Positions 20,286 to 32,298 of a stretch of DNA of 64,000 bases are shown here, piece by piece. The stretch's first letter is position 1. Each line of letters begins with the position of its first letter. Source of the stretch: Pelagomonas calceolata (Eukaryota); the NCBI GenBank assembly GCA_918797485.1, contig CAKKNE010000006.1, forward strand, positions 310,001-374,000. The letters run 5' to 3'. The notes beneath the pieces are model-generated. The model saw only the letters and a program-made list of their open reading frames with translations. It did not search any database and was not told the DNA's origin. Position numbers and translations under genes: made by a program.

Positions 20286-21092
20286 CTACCCCAACCAAGA
20301 CCGCGTGCGAAACTGGGCCGCCCCGAGGCTCGTGGCGAGCGCCTCGACGGCCGCGACATCTACATCTGGCCGGTCGACGGCCGTGACCTCGACGTTTGAT
20401 ACCGCCGACGCCCGCCGCACGAATGCGCAGGCGTCCTCAAAAGCCCCGGGCTCGCGCGGCTGGAGCAGCTCGTCGTATTTTGATGCCTCTGCGGCCGGCA
20501 GGAAGACGGAGACCGTCTCGACGAGTCCCAACGCGTCGAAGATCGCGTCGGTCGCCCCCACGCCGAGCGTATTCAGGCGAAACTGTGCCCCCGACCCCTG
20601 GGCCAGCCGCAGCGTCTCGCAGACGACGTCCTGCGCCGCGAGCGGGTCGCCCTCGCCCTGAATCACGACGGATTGCGCACCGGTCTTGTCGACCCAGTCG
20701 CGGACGAGGTCGTTGAGCTCGGCGCCGGACGGCTCCTTTGCGCCCGCCGGCAGCGGCTCGAAGCCCGAGTCCCGAGCCGTGCGAGTTATCCGAGTACCGC
20801 TCGGCGTGGTCGTCGCGGCGCGCGACGCCGGCAGCGGCGCGAGGCCTGCGTCTTTCGTCGCGAAGGCGGCGCCGCGGCACGACCGCATCGTGCGTTGCGC
20901 CGGCGACCGCGCCGTCGGCGCGAGGTAGAGAGCGTCCAAAACATATGCGATGCCGGGGCGGAAGCTGTAGAGCGACTGCAGCGTCGCGAGGCTCACCATT
21001 TGCGTCGACGACGCGTTGCGCTTGGCCGCGAGAGCCTGGTCCTGCCAGGCTTGCGTGCCCCAGTAGGCGCGGCGCGCGGCAGCACGCAGCAT
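20286..21092 (-). CDS. Degenerate homologue of TatD-associated radical SAM proteins, with a presequence-like N-terminus
   Basis: IAY..ALYL, EPS, VVIQGEGDPL, RLNTLG, VSV..KY..LLQP, VEVTAV..DVD..FR.R follow that family's layout; no CxxxCxxC; alternative ATG at 21131. Confidence 0.65.
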   Translation of the reverse strand: MLRAAARRAYWGTQAWQDQALAAKRNASSTQMVSLATLQSLYSFRPGIAYVLDALYLAPTARSPAQRTMRSCRGAAFATKDAGLAPLPASRAATTTPSGTRITRTARDSGFEPLPAGAKEPSGAELNDLVRDWVDKTGAQSVVIQGEGDPLAAQDVVCETLRLAQGSGAQFRLNTLGVGATDAIFDALGLVETVSVFLPAAEASKYDELLQPREPGAFEDACAFVRRASAVSNVEVTAVDRPDVDVAAVEALATSLGAAQFRTRSWLG

Positions 21093-21456
21093 GCTGACGG
21101 CACTCGTTTGTGTCTTGACCGCGCGAAGCATGCTACGGCAGCACTCCGCTGACGGCAGCACTCGTTTGTGGGCGTGTCTCGGCCGCTCGGAGAGCAGTTT
21201 ACTGCTCGCACGCGATCGATTATAGATATAGATGATCACTCGCACGCTGTTGCGACGGCTGATGCAGAGATTTGGCACCTGCGCTGGACGGTGGACCGGA
21301 GAGCAGCCTCTGTCAAATCGGGTTTCCGCGCACGCGTGCACGACGCCGCCGTGCGTGCGTACTACGCAGTGCCGCTGCCAAGGGAAATACAAGATTGGTA
21401 GCAACCGCTACTTATCACAAACTAGCTCGCCGCGCGACTGTGCTTTGCACGCGGCT

Positions 21457-22648
<1,192 letters not shown>

Positions 22649-22905
22649 GGTTGTTGAGTAGCTATGAGGCTGTAAGAGCTCGGTGCCAAAGGACCTCCTT
22701 TTTTTTGCGCGCTGCGCCCTAAAAATGAAAAATTCCATATCACTAATAGAACGCGCCGTACGAAGGCAGGGATAGCATCGAGAGAGATACCGGAGCCCCT
22801 TTTGAATTTCGGCAGCCTCCAGACACAGAGGCTGCTTTGGGTGGCAATGCGCACCGGCGCTGGCGTAAAGGGCAGCCCTTGCTGCCCTGGCATAGCTCGT
22901 CCCAG

Positions 22906-24631
22906 ATGGTAGCGGTCCTACGCCGGCCGACGCGCGAGCGCGACGCCGTCACGGATGCCGCAGTGGAAGAGCCTCCCAAGCCAGAGGCAGCAGCCGAGGA
23001 CTCCTTCGCCACGGCCAAGCACTCCATCTGCACGGCGCTCGGCGTCGTGATGGCCGTGCACTTTTACAGTGCTTACGTGCAAAATACGGCACTGATAGGT
23101 GCCGACGGATTGGTACCTTGTGCCGCGTACGTAAAAGAACGAGTAAAAACTGGAAGTTTTTGGACCTGGCCCTGCGTGTGGTGGTGGATAGAACCGACCG
23201 ACGCTAATTTAGATGCGGTGGCATTAACGGGCCTGGCGAACGCATTGCTACTAACAGTAGGAGCGCACTATTCACATCTCGTCGCGATCTGCTGGCTCTG
23301 CCACTCGTCAATCGTCAACGCCGCCGAGGCGTCGTCCTTCTATTCGTATGGATGGGAGACGCAGCTGCTCGAGACGGCTTTTCTGACTATTTTTTTATGT
23401 AGTCCGACCGACCGACGGGCGCCGCCGACGCGCATCGTGCTGTGGCTGTTTCGCTGGCTCGCGTTCCGGATATCGGTCGGCGCCGGCCTTATTAAAGTAA
23501 GGGGCGGCTCGTGCTGGGAGCGGAAGACCTGCCTCTGGTATCATTTCGAGACGCAGCCCATACCTTCTCCTCTGTCGTTCTTCTTCCACTTCCTCCCTAA
23601 AGCGATACTGTCGCGGGGCGTCGACATTGATTTAATCGTGCAGCTCTACGCGTCGTGGCTCGTCTTGGTGCCTTTACGAAACGTGCGGAGGGTAGCGGGC
23701 TACGCGCAGATCGCGTTCATGCTAAACATCGCGGCCTCGGGGAACTTCTCGGTCCTCAACCACCTCACGATCCTACCGTCCCTGGCCTGCCTCGACGATA
23801 AAGCTTGGCCGCGATGCTTGCGGCGAGCACCTACGAAGAAGCGGCGGAATTTAGGAAGACGTATGACGGACGTCGTGCTGCTGCTCGTAATAGCCTACCT
23901 GTCGCGGCCCGTCGTAGCCAACTTAGTATCAAAAAACCAGGTGATGAACACGAGCTTCGACCCCTTCAAGCTCGTCAACACCTACGGGGCCTTCGGGTCC
24001 GTCGGCGAGGGGCGCTACGAGCCCGTCGTCGCGCTGTCGGACGACGGCACGACGTGGCGCGAGGTCGACCTGCCCTGCAAGCCGACGGACGTCAGGAGAA
24101 GGCCGTGCTTCTCCGCGCCCTACCACCACCGCCTGGATTGGAATATTTGGTTCATCGGCTTCAAGCCGCATCGACCGGTGTGGAAATTAATCAGTGAGAA
24201 ACATTGCGTGGACCTTCATCGACGCCGTCACGGCGACAACGTCGCGTCGACGGCCTGGAAACTCCACGCCATGTGGGGCACCCGACATTTGATTTTCACA
24301 CAGGCATCGGCAGATGCTCGAGGGCCGCGAGCGCTGGCTCTACGCCTTCCTCGCGCAGCTGCTGCGCGACGGCGACGCGCCGGCGCGCCGGTTGGTGGAC
24401 GCGTCGTCGCGCGACGTCCGGGGTCGTATCGCGCGCGTCCATATGTACCGGTACCGCATGGCCGCGCCCCTCGCCCAAATCTTGGGAACGGCGCCCGCCG
24501 AGCGCGTCTGGTGGACGCGCGCGTTCGAGGAGGTCCTGATCCCGCCCGTCGTGCTCCGGGCCGACGGCAACCTCGCGTACTTCGAGGCGCCGCGGCCGCC
24601 GCCGGGCAATCGGTTCGTGGAGCGTATCTAG
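22906..24631 (+). CDS. LMF: Lipase maturation factor family protein. Exons 22906-24167 and 24304-24631
   Basis: YGWETQLLE, LFRWLAFR..GAGLIK.RG..CW, HFETQPIP, NTYGAFGSV, PYHHRLDW. Confidence 0.9.
24176..24303 (+). mobile_element. Introner element; GC-AG intron 24168-24303
   Basis: CGGTGTGGAAATTAA / TTGATTTTCACACAG; TSD GCATCGAC / GCATCGGC; removing 136 nt restores the frame. Confidence 0.88.
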
Positions 24632-24649
24632 GGTAATGTTGTCAGTAAC

Positions 24650-27447
24650 TTAGGTGAGCCCGGCAAAATCGGGGGCGGGGTGCACGGGCACGGCCGCGGC
24701 AGAGGTCTTCTCGTCCTCCTTGACGTCGACGAAAGCCACGGCCATGAGGCACAAATCGTTGACGACGGAGTCGACGATGAAGGTGACGAGGAAGACCATG
24801 CTGCGCTTGCGCCAAAAGTTCGGCCTAACATAACCGTAGATCATCGGGAAAGGTAGGGTAAAGAACGTCGACATGATGGCCACCACCGATGCCACCACGA
24901 CGCGCGCGACCGTCCGCTTCTGCTGGCGCAAGATGTCGCGCGTCTCGTCGTCGGCGTCCGCCCCCCCCTCGCCTCGCAGGCTCGCGCTCGCGCGGCGCAT
25001 CGCCGCCACGAAGACGTAGACGAGCGCGAGAGTCACGAACATGTGCCCGCCTCCGAAAAAGATCATCGTGCCGTATATGATGATACTGCCCCAGGGATGC
25101 GGCGGCGGGTCGGGGATGCGGAAATTCGGGTCGTCCACGTCGTACTCGACATAGTTCATGACCGCCAAGTCGTACATGAAATAGAATAACACGATGAGCC
25201 CGACGCACTCGAGCGCGATGAAAACGCGGATCGCCGCCATCAGCCGCGTGTCGGTCCGCCCGGCCAGACCTCGTAGCATCGCCGCCCGGAGGTAGAGGAT
25301 GGCCTGGAGTAGCACGTTCGTGAACATGCCGCCCCCGTAGAGGGCCCCCCACCGGTGCACGACGGCCCACCTGCGCGGCCAAGGCCGTTATCGCGAAGGC
25401 CGTCGTCGCGCGGCGGGCTGCTGAGATGACCGGCCTTCAATCGACGCGGCTGTTCCGCGCGATGGCGCCCTCCCGTTCGTGGCTGAAGGGAGTCCGACGG
25501 AATTTGATGTGCGACGCGGCGGCGTACCGCGCGGTCCCGTCGTCGATGAAGAGCTGCTTCCGGTCGACGCCGTTGACCACGGCGCAGGCCGCGTACGTCG
25601 CGTCCGGGTACCCCGGCGTCCACCTGTGTGGAAATCAAAATTTTACGGCGCGTTCCTGAATCGCCGCCTCGTCCTCCACGCCATCGACGCGACGCCTGCT
25701 CGACGGCGTGGCGGTGTGAATTCCTCACGTGCACCCGACGCACTGATTGATTTCCACACAGGCGTCCACCACGCGTCGCAGTTTTGCTCCTCCTCCGCGA
25801 CGTCATCATACCAGACGCAATCATCACCCGGTTTCTCCCTCATTATCGCGCTTCGTTCTTTTAAAAAGAAAACTGAAAGCCACCATGGGAAGACCTGGCG
25901 CCACCCGGAGTCGCCGAGCCAGGCCGTGGGGCCCTGAAAGGCGGCCCCCTTCCTTGCCCATCGCAGCGGGCGCAAAGACTGGGCACCCGCGTCGCACGCG
26001 GGGCTCGTCGCCGTTCCGTACCCGCAGCTCGCGTCCGCCTCCACGCCGGCGAGCGCGCAAAAATCCAGACCCGTGTAGTCGACGCGGTTGACGACCAGGA
26101 TGTTGTGGTGCTTGCAGCGGACGTCGACGAAGGTCGCGAAGACGACGAAGTTGACGGCGAGCTGGCAGTAGAAGTAGGCGCCGACGGCCGCGACGTACCA
26201 GCGGTAGGGCCCGCCGGCGAAGAACTCGGGCTGCCTGCGTTTTCGTATGCGTCGTGACTCTCGCTTCGGCGGCGTGGCGACGCGGCCGCCTCGACGCCGT
26301 CGAGGCGACGACCGGAAGGCGTCGACGCGCAGATGACACAAAGGGACGCCGCGCCTGCTTGATGGCGTCGCTGTAGAGGCGGAAGAAGAGCAGGCACCCG
26401 ATTCCGGACACAACGGCAGTCAAAAAATGCATCGCATACAGCGCCTCGAAGTTGTCGTCGTCCTCGTTGGCGCCCCACTCCGGCGCGCATGGAATGCCCA
26501 GGGCCACGAGCATGCTATCCACGGGCGCTCCGGCCACCCGCATCTTGGGGCAGCGCCCTGCTTTACATTCCTTCGCCATGTGCGCGAGCAGGTGGCGGTG
26601 ATTGCACGTGCGCCCGACGCCCGGGAAGTCAATTCCCGTGTCGTTCCTGAAAATAACGGAGAACGCCTGCTCGAAGAGCGCGCAGTCGTAGGAGTAGGCC
26701 CACGCGGCCACGCGGTCCGCGTAGGTCGTGTTGCCGAGTTTGATAGCTTCCTGCGGCGGCTGGAACGGCGCGTCGGCCCCCCGGAACGGGGCCGACGGGT
26801 TGTTGCCTGTGTGGAGATCAACCAGTGCCTCGGGTGCACCCGACCATTCTTCACTAAGTCATTTCTCGGCGATGATGCGGCCGTGCTGGCTCCGTCGAGC
26901 GGTGAGGAACCGGCATCGCCACGCCGTCGAGCAGGCGTCGCGTCGATGGCGTGGAGGTCGACGCGACGATTCATCACGAACGCTCCGTAAAATTTGATTT
27001 CCACACAGGTTGTTGCCGTCGGGCCCCTCGTAGGGCCCCCTCCACCACTTCGCCCGCAGGCCCAGCGCGTCCATGTCGAGCGACGGCGACCACGCCCCGT
27101 CTAGCCTGGGATCGCGCGTCGACCTCGAGGCCTTCTGGTAGTAGCGCTCGTAGCCGCGGACCATGCCGCAGTTGTCGCGGGACCTGTGTGGAAATCAAAA
27201 TTTCACGGCGCGTTCGTGCTGAATCGTCGCGTCGTCCTCCACGCCATCGACGCGGTGCACCCGACGCACTGGTTGATTTCCACACAGCGCGGGACGGGAC
27301 GACGCCGTACAGGAAGGGCCAGAGCAGGGCAAGCAATATGAGCGCCGTCGGGAGGCCGTAGCCCACCGTTTGTGGTATTTCGCCGCGCTCGCGGAACCTT
27401 CTCCACCTCTTGCGCAGCGCGTCGGCCGCCTGCTCGCCTCCCCCCAT
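24650..27447 (-). CDS. Multi-pass membrane protein of unknown function with 5 introns (27184-27295, 26807-27016, ~26231-26354, 25624-25769, 25371-25527)
   Basis: Splicing joins ORFs 26974, 26859, 25824, 25643 and 24650 into one frame with several hydrophobic helices and Cys-rich loops. Confidence 0.7.
25624..25761 (-). mobile_element. Introner element; GT-AG intron 25624-25769
   Basis: Perfect 15-bp TIRs; perfect TSD GCGTCCAC (25616-25623, 25762-25769). Confidence 0.95.
26807..27008 (-). mobile_element. Introner element (longest clear copy, 202 bp); GC-AG intron 26807-27016
   Basis: TIRs; perfect TSD GTTGTTGC (26799-26806, 27009-27016); body highly similar to 1163-1343. Confidence 0.95.
27184..27287 (-). 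mobile_element. Introner element (internally deleted); GT-AG intron 27184-27295
   Basis: Perfect TIRs; perfect TSD CGCGGGAC (27176-27183, 27288-27295). Confidence 0.95.
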
Positions 27448-27787
27448 GCTCTTTTGCTGCGCGGCGGCGGCCCCCTGTGGCACCTGCTCTTGTGCTGCCC
27501 CACCTGTTGTCGAACGAACGGTGCACGGGGGCAGTCCGCTCTTAAGTAGGTCCAAAGCGCTGCCTACCGGGCGCGAATGGCTGCCCTTTGTCGAGTCGTC
27601 GAGCCGTTCGCACGCTCTTGCAAAGCAGTGCCCAGCGCTTTTGCAAAGCAGATGCTCACGATCGTACGAGCGGGTTTGCGAGGGACAGCTCTCGGAGCCG
27701 TCGCATACCCCTCCGTCGACGCGGAGACGACACCGGAGGGCTACGGCGCGCCAGAAGCGTACGGGTGCGGCGGCTGGTGGTGCGACG

Positions 27788-28511
27788 GCGCCCCGGGGGG
27801 TGGGTAAACATAGGCTATGCGGGGTTGGTTGAGCCGGTAAGAGGAGTTAGCTTTTTAGGAAACAAAGGCCCTAGCTCCGCGCCTGGGCATCACCCAGCAA
27901 CAAATCCACTGACAAAGAAAGGCCATAATAGCCGGGGAACAGGCTCGAAAAGACGCGGCAGCAATTGGGCTGCGTCTCGCTGAGAAAACGGCCAAAAACC
28001 ATGAAAAATGACACTCGATCGGCTTTTTTGGCGCCGTTTCGCGCCGATCGGGCCACCGCAGAGTCGGATATCATCGCCCACATGGCCGTCGACGATCTGA
28101 GACAATTTGCGGCGGCAGCGGCCCATCGGATGTCGGTCTATTCGGTGTCCGCGTTTCTCGCCGAGACGCTGTTTTTGGTGAAAACGCCACCAAAGGCGCC
28201 GAGATTTGGCTCGGGCCTTCCCAGCTACCACGTCGGGCATCTCCGAGATTTTGGGGCGCAACGGCCGCGCGGCTGCCGCAAAAAAGCGTTTCGGGCAGCC
28301 TATGCTCGCAAAATCGAGCTTTTTACCTGCTGCCCCTCTGGTGCCGCAAATTGGCTTGATGGAATCAGCGCCGGCATGGCTTCCATTTAAGCCCGTTTGG
28401 GACACCAGAGGTGCAGTTGCGGCTGATATTGGGGCCCTGGCGAGCGCGTTTTGGGCCGCGTTTTTGTGCGGGTTCGGGCCTTGGTTTATGTTTACCCACC
28501 CCCCGGGGCGC
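27788..28511. mobile_element. Non-autonomous TIR element (MITE-like), unrelated to the introners
   Basis: Perfect 25-bp inverted repeat GCGCCCCGGGGGGTGGGTAAACATA (27788-27812 / 28487-28511) around an A/T-tract-rich interior with no convincing ORF. Confidence 0.75.
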
Positions 28512-28623
28512 TAGACACGCAATGTGCGGCCTCCCGGTCCACGGAGGAGCCGCCGGGCGCTTTCAGCAAAGCGCTTCCAGCACCATGCCGCTGCCCCCGG
28601 ACCCATAGTACACATAGAACAAG

Positions 28624-30968
28624 ATGGTGCGCCTCGGCGGCCAGTCCGGTGTAGGCCGGGCCTGCGACGCCATTAAACGAAGGGCGAAGAAGCTCCTGAA
28701 GAAGTTTGGCGTGGTGCAGGATGAGCACAAGACGCGGAGATACTTGGGCGGCATGCGGCCGGACAAATATTACGATTCCGTGATCTGGCGCGATTTAGGA
28801 GAAACTCTACAAATCCTAGGCTTCACCTACGATTCGGGGTTCGACGTCTTCTCGGCGTTCATCGACATTGACGACGACAACAGCGGCGAGGTTGGAGTGA
28901 GTGAGTTCCACAAGTGGCTCGGGTTCCCTGCAACTAAATTTTCAGAGCGGGTCTTCGGGATTTTAGATATGGACGGCTCGGGGCAGTTGGATTTTCGCGA
29001 GTTCATGATTGGGGTCTGGAACTGGAACACGTACGACGCGACGGGCATCACGAAGCTGGCCTTCAACACGATGGACGTCCGCGCCCGGCGTCCTGTCTGC
29101 TCGATGGCGTCACTGATTGATAACAACACAGGTCGACCAGAAGGGTGCTATCGACTTGCATGAAGCGGACGCCATGCTGCGCATGGTCTACGCTAGTCGT
29201 AAAGCGGACCCGCTACTCCTGACGCAGATTGACATCAATGGGGACGGCGAGGTCTCGATGGAGGAGCTCCAGCAAACGGTTGAAGAGGACAATTCCGTGC
29301 TCGCGCCGGCCTTTCAATTACAACGAATGCTGCGCCAGCGCATTTTGGGGGTACGGTACTGGGAGCAGGAAACTCTCAGGAGGCAGACGTACTTCGCGGG
29401 CTACGACTCGGGGACCACTACGTCCTGGGACGCCATCCGGGATATCCTGGCCATCAAGCATCGGGAGCGACTCGAGGAAGAAGAACGGCAGCGCCGCTTG
29501 AAGGAAATGGAGGAGGAGCAACGGCGCCAGGAGAAGCTCCAAAAAGAACTAAAATTCAAGGAGGAGATGGTGTGTATACGGCGTCCTGTGATTGCCACGC
29601 CATCGATTGTACCCCACGCAGGCCGCGAGGAAGGCCAAGCGAGCGGAAGAGAAGCGTCGCCGACTCGAGACGCCGGAGATCCGAGCCGCGCGCGAAGCGA
29701 GAGAGGAACTGGAAAAGTGTAGCGCCGAGCGCGACGAGGAGTGCATCTACGCGGATTTGGCGCGAAGATTAGATTTGAGGGAGCGGTACTGGACGGCCTT
29801 CGAGACCTGGATCAGGTGCCAGCGAGTTGTCGAGCAGATGAAGTGCGACAAAAAATTGAGGTTGGCGGTCGGGCCCGACGTCCAGATCAAGGTCGACGAG
29901 GACATTGTCACGGCCGAAGGGTATCAAGATCTGAAGCGGGAGGTGCTGGTGCTGTACACGATGGAGCACAGTGACTACTTGTATCAACGGGACTGGTGCG
30001 GCGACGCGTGGTTCGCCTCGCTCATGATCCGCCCGCCCGTCGACGAGTTCGATGATGCGTATGAGCCGACCTGGGTCGCGAGACAAAGCATCAAGTTCGC
30101 CAAGCCTTGGACGAAGAAACGACTCGCGAAGAAGGCGCGCGAGCTCATGGTCGACGACCTGCGCGAGCGGGAAGAGTTGCGAGTGCAAGAAGAAAATGAA
30201 GAACATATGCAGAAATTTGAAGATGATTGTAGAAAAAGACGGAACGAGGAGATTGGTGGTTATGGCAAGCCTCGCAGTAGGTGGGAGCGGCTCTGGGACG
30301 CGGACGAGGGCAAGCCCTACTGGCACCAGTGGGAGACGCGCGAGTCGGTCTGGGACAAGCCGTGCGTCTGCCACGTTTGTGATAGTAACATACCAGTAGA
30401 TGATACGATGTGCTTTAAATGTAAAAACAAACGGTCGGAGTTCAATCAGAAGATCTACGACGACAACCACAAGAAGATAGACTACGCGGCCTTCCTGGCG
30501 GCGGGCGGTGTCGATGACGAGTCCACGAAACAGGAACAACAGGAAGAAGTTGTAGATGTTCGGGAAATGGATGATGATGATGGGCCGCCGACGCTGTACC
30601 AAAGGTACCTCAAGAAACATGTCGTGTTTTTGAAGAAAAAAATGACATTAACAACCGTACAACCGGTCATCGACAAGGTCAAGGAGAAGTTCAACGACCG
30701 CGTAGATATGATTTATGATACCTATGTCCCGGCGTATTTCAAGATGGACAAACGCGATTACGAGATCAGGAGGAGGCGGTGGCGCGAGTGGCGCCAGAAG
30801 TGGATCAAGCGCATGGGGCTGGCGGCGCGTCCCAAACGAAAAGTGATGCCCTGGCACGAACAAGATGAAGAAGATGAAGACGGGCTGCGGCGGTCTAGGC
30901 CCTCTCTAGCTGCTCAACGGCGGTCGTTTGAAGAGACGGGGTTCAAGGGCGGGCGCGGCGACGACTAA
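28624..30968 (+). CDS. EF-hand calcium-binding protein with coiled coil, WW domain and C4 zinc finger. Introns 29077-29131 and 29570-29621
   Basis: EF loops DDDNSGEVGVSE, DMDGSGQLDFRE, DVDQKGAIDLHE, DINGDGEVSMEE; WW motif WERLWD..YWHQWETRESVWDKP; CHVC..CFKC; two short GT-AG introns restore the frame. Confidence 0.8.
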
Positions 30969-31080
30969 GGTGTTTTGTTTAGTAGTTCTTTTCGCGCCGG
31001 CGGGCCGCGGCGTCGTTGCATACTTCCGCAAGCAGAACGCCTCGGCAATCCCCGCCCCGGCGTATATGTTACTTTCTATC

Positions 31081-31908
31081 TTACACATGTACAGTAGTCC
31101 AATCCCACGGCTCCGAGGTGGACTTGTGATGGTCGTCGTCCGTCGTCGAGTAGAGGTGGCCCTCCGAACGCAGGTAGTGCACTGCTGTTCGGACAAGGGC
31201 TAGTTCCTCGCCGAGGCCCGCGGCGACGGCGTTCACGTGGCAGCCCACGTCGTCGCCCGTGCCGTGGTCATTGTGGTAGTCGATGACGCGCCGCTCCAAG
31301 GAAGTTAAATCCGCGACCCGGTGCCCATCGTCCATAGCCGAAACCTCCAATCTTTTCAAGGACACGAGGAACGCGGCTGCGGTCCTGACCTGCTCCACCG
31401 TCGCGCCGGGGATGGCGGCGGCGACTTCTTCGACCGGGATGTAACGGAGATCGTATCCACGGGAATCGTCGTATCGGGGCTGGTGCTCGTAATGGGCCAG
31501 AACACGCCGCTGGAACTCGGACACCCGTCTGGACTGCTGGTTGATCACGACAGCGCGAGCGGCCAATCTCCACGAAGAAGAGCGAGTGACACAGTGCCGC
31601 TCCGCGAAGACGCGAAAATACTGCTCGGAGCCACCGCACCACGAACTTGCGACGCGCAGCGCCGCGGAGGCGTCAGGGAGAGGCAGCCACTGCATCACCA
31701 GCCACGGTGGCAACGAAGCAGGGAAAGGCGCCGGCCTCGCGTCGATCTCGGCCTCGGCACTCGCCGCGAGCGCACGCGCCGTCGCCGCTAATGCGCGCAG
31801 CTCGGGCTTCGTGAGGCTGGGGAAGCCATCGGCCGTACCAGCATGCAGCACGCGTCCTGCGCGTTCCAGCCGGTAGGAGTCCGGTGCTATGGGGTGTTGT
31901 GCACTCAT
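31081..31908 (-). CDS. F-box-like protein with tandem RPA32 C-terminal-type winged-helix domains
   Basis: SLPPWLVMQWLPLPDASAALRVASSW (F-box-like); VRTAVHYLRSEGHLYSTTDDDHHKST (RPA_C signature), preceded by a degenerate copy. Confidence 0.7.
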   Translation of the reverse strand: MSAQHPIAPDSYRLERAGRVLHAGTADGFPSLTKPELRALAATARALAASAEAEIDARPAPFPASLPPWLVMQWLPLPDASAALRVASSWCGGSEQYFRVFAERHCVTRSSSWRLAARAVVINQQSRRVSEFQRRVLAHYEHQPRYDDSRGYDLRYIPVEEVAAAIPGATVEQVRTAAAFLVSLKRLEVSAMDDGHRVADLTSLERRVIDYHNDHGTGDDVGCHVNAVAAGLGEELALVRTAVHYLRSEGHLYSTTDDDHHKSTSEPWDWTTVHV

Positions 31909-32046
31909 CTGTACACGGCAAATCTATGGAGTTAGCCGGCGCGGTCGCCCACAGTGGTTGCCCACAGCGTCGTAGTGCTGCGCGACACGGCAGAGCCGAG
32001 CCGTATGGGTCGTGAGCCGCAAACGTGCGCCGCAAACCAAAAGCGG

Positions 32047-32068
32047 CCTAGCGGAGTGAGGCACTAGC
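32047..32068 (-). promoter_or_regulatory. Intergenic GCTAG motif copy, between divergent genes
   Basis: Minus strand GCTAGTGCCTCACTCCGCTAGG. Confidence 0.45.
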
Positions 32069-32298
32069 TTTTCACCAGAAGTGGGGCACACGTCGAACGG
32101 CATCCAAGCCCCAACGCAGGGCCAAGAACACATTTGGACACTGCCAAAGAGCAGCTTTAAGACGTCACGAAGTTGGGGCCCCTTTGTACATTCCAGGGAG
32201 GCGTAGGAACTGCGTGCTCAAGTGAGGGCTGTTAAGGCATAAAAGGACGCGCCGACGAAGAAACGGCTGCCGCGGGGCGCCCGCAACCATAAAAAAAG

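Noticed and set aside
27890..28514. ORFs inside the TIR element as a transposase
   Set aside because: Short, with no DDE or DNA-binding motif recognisable and atypical composition
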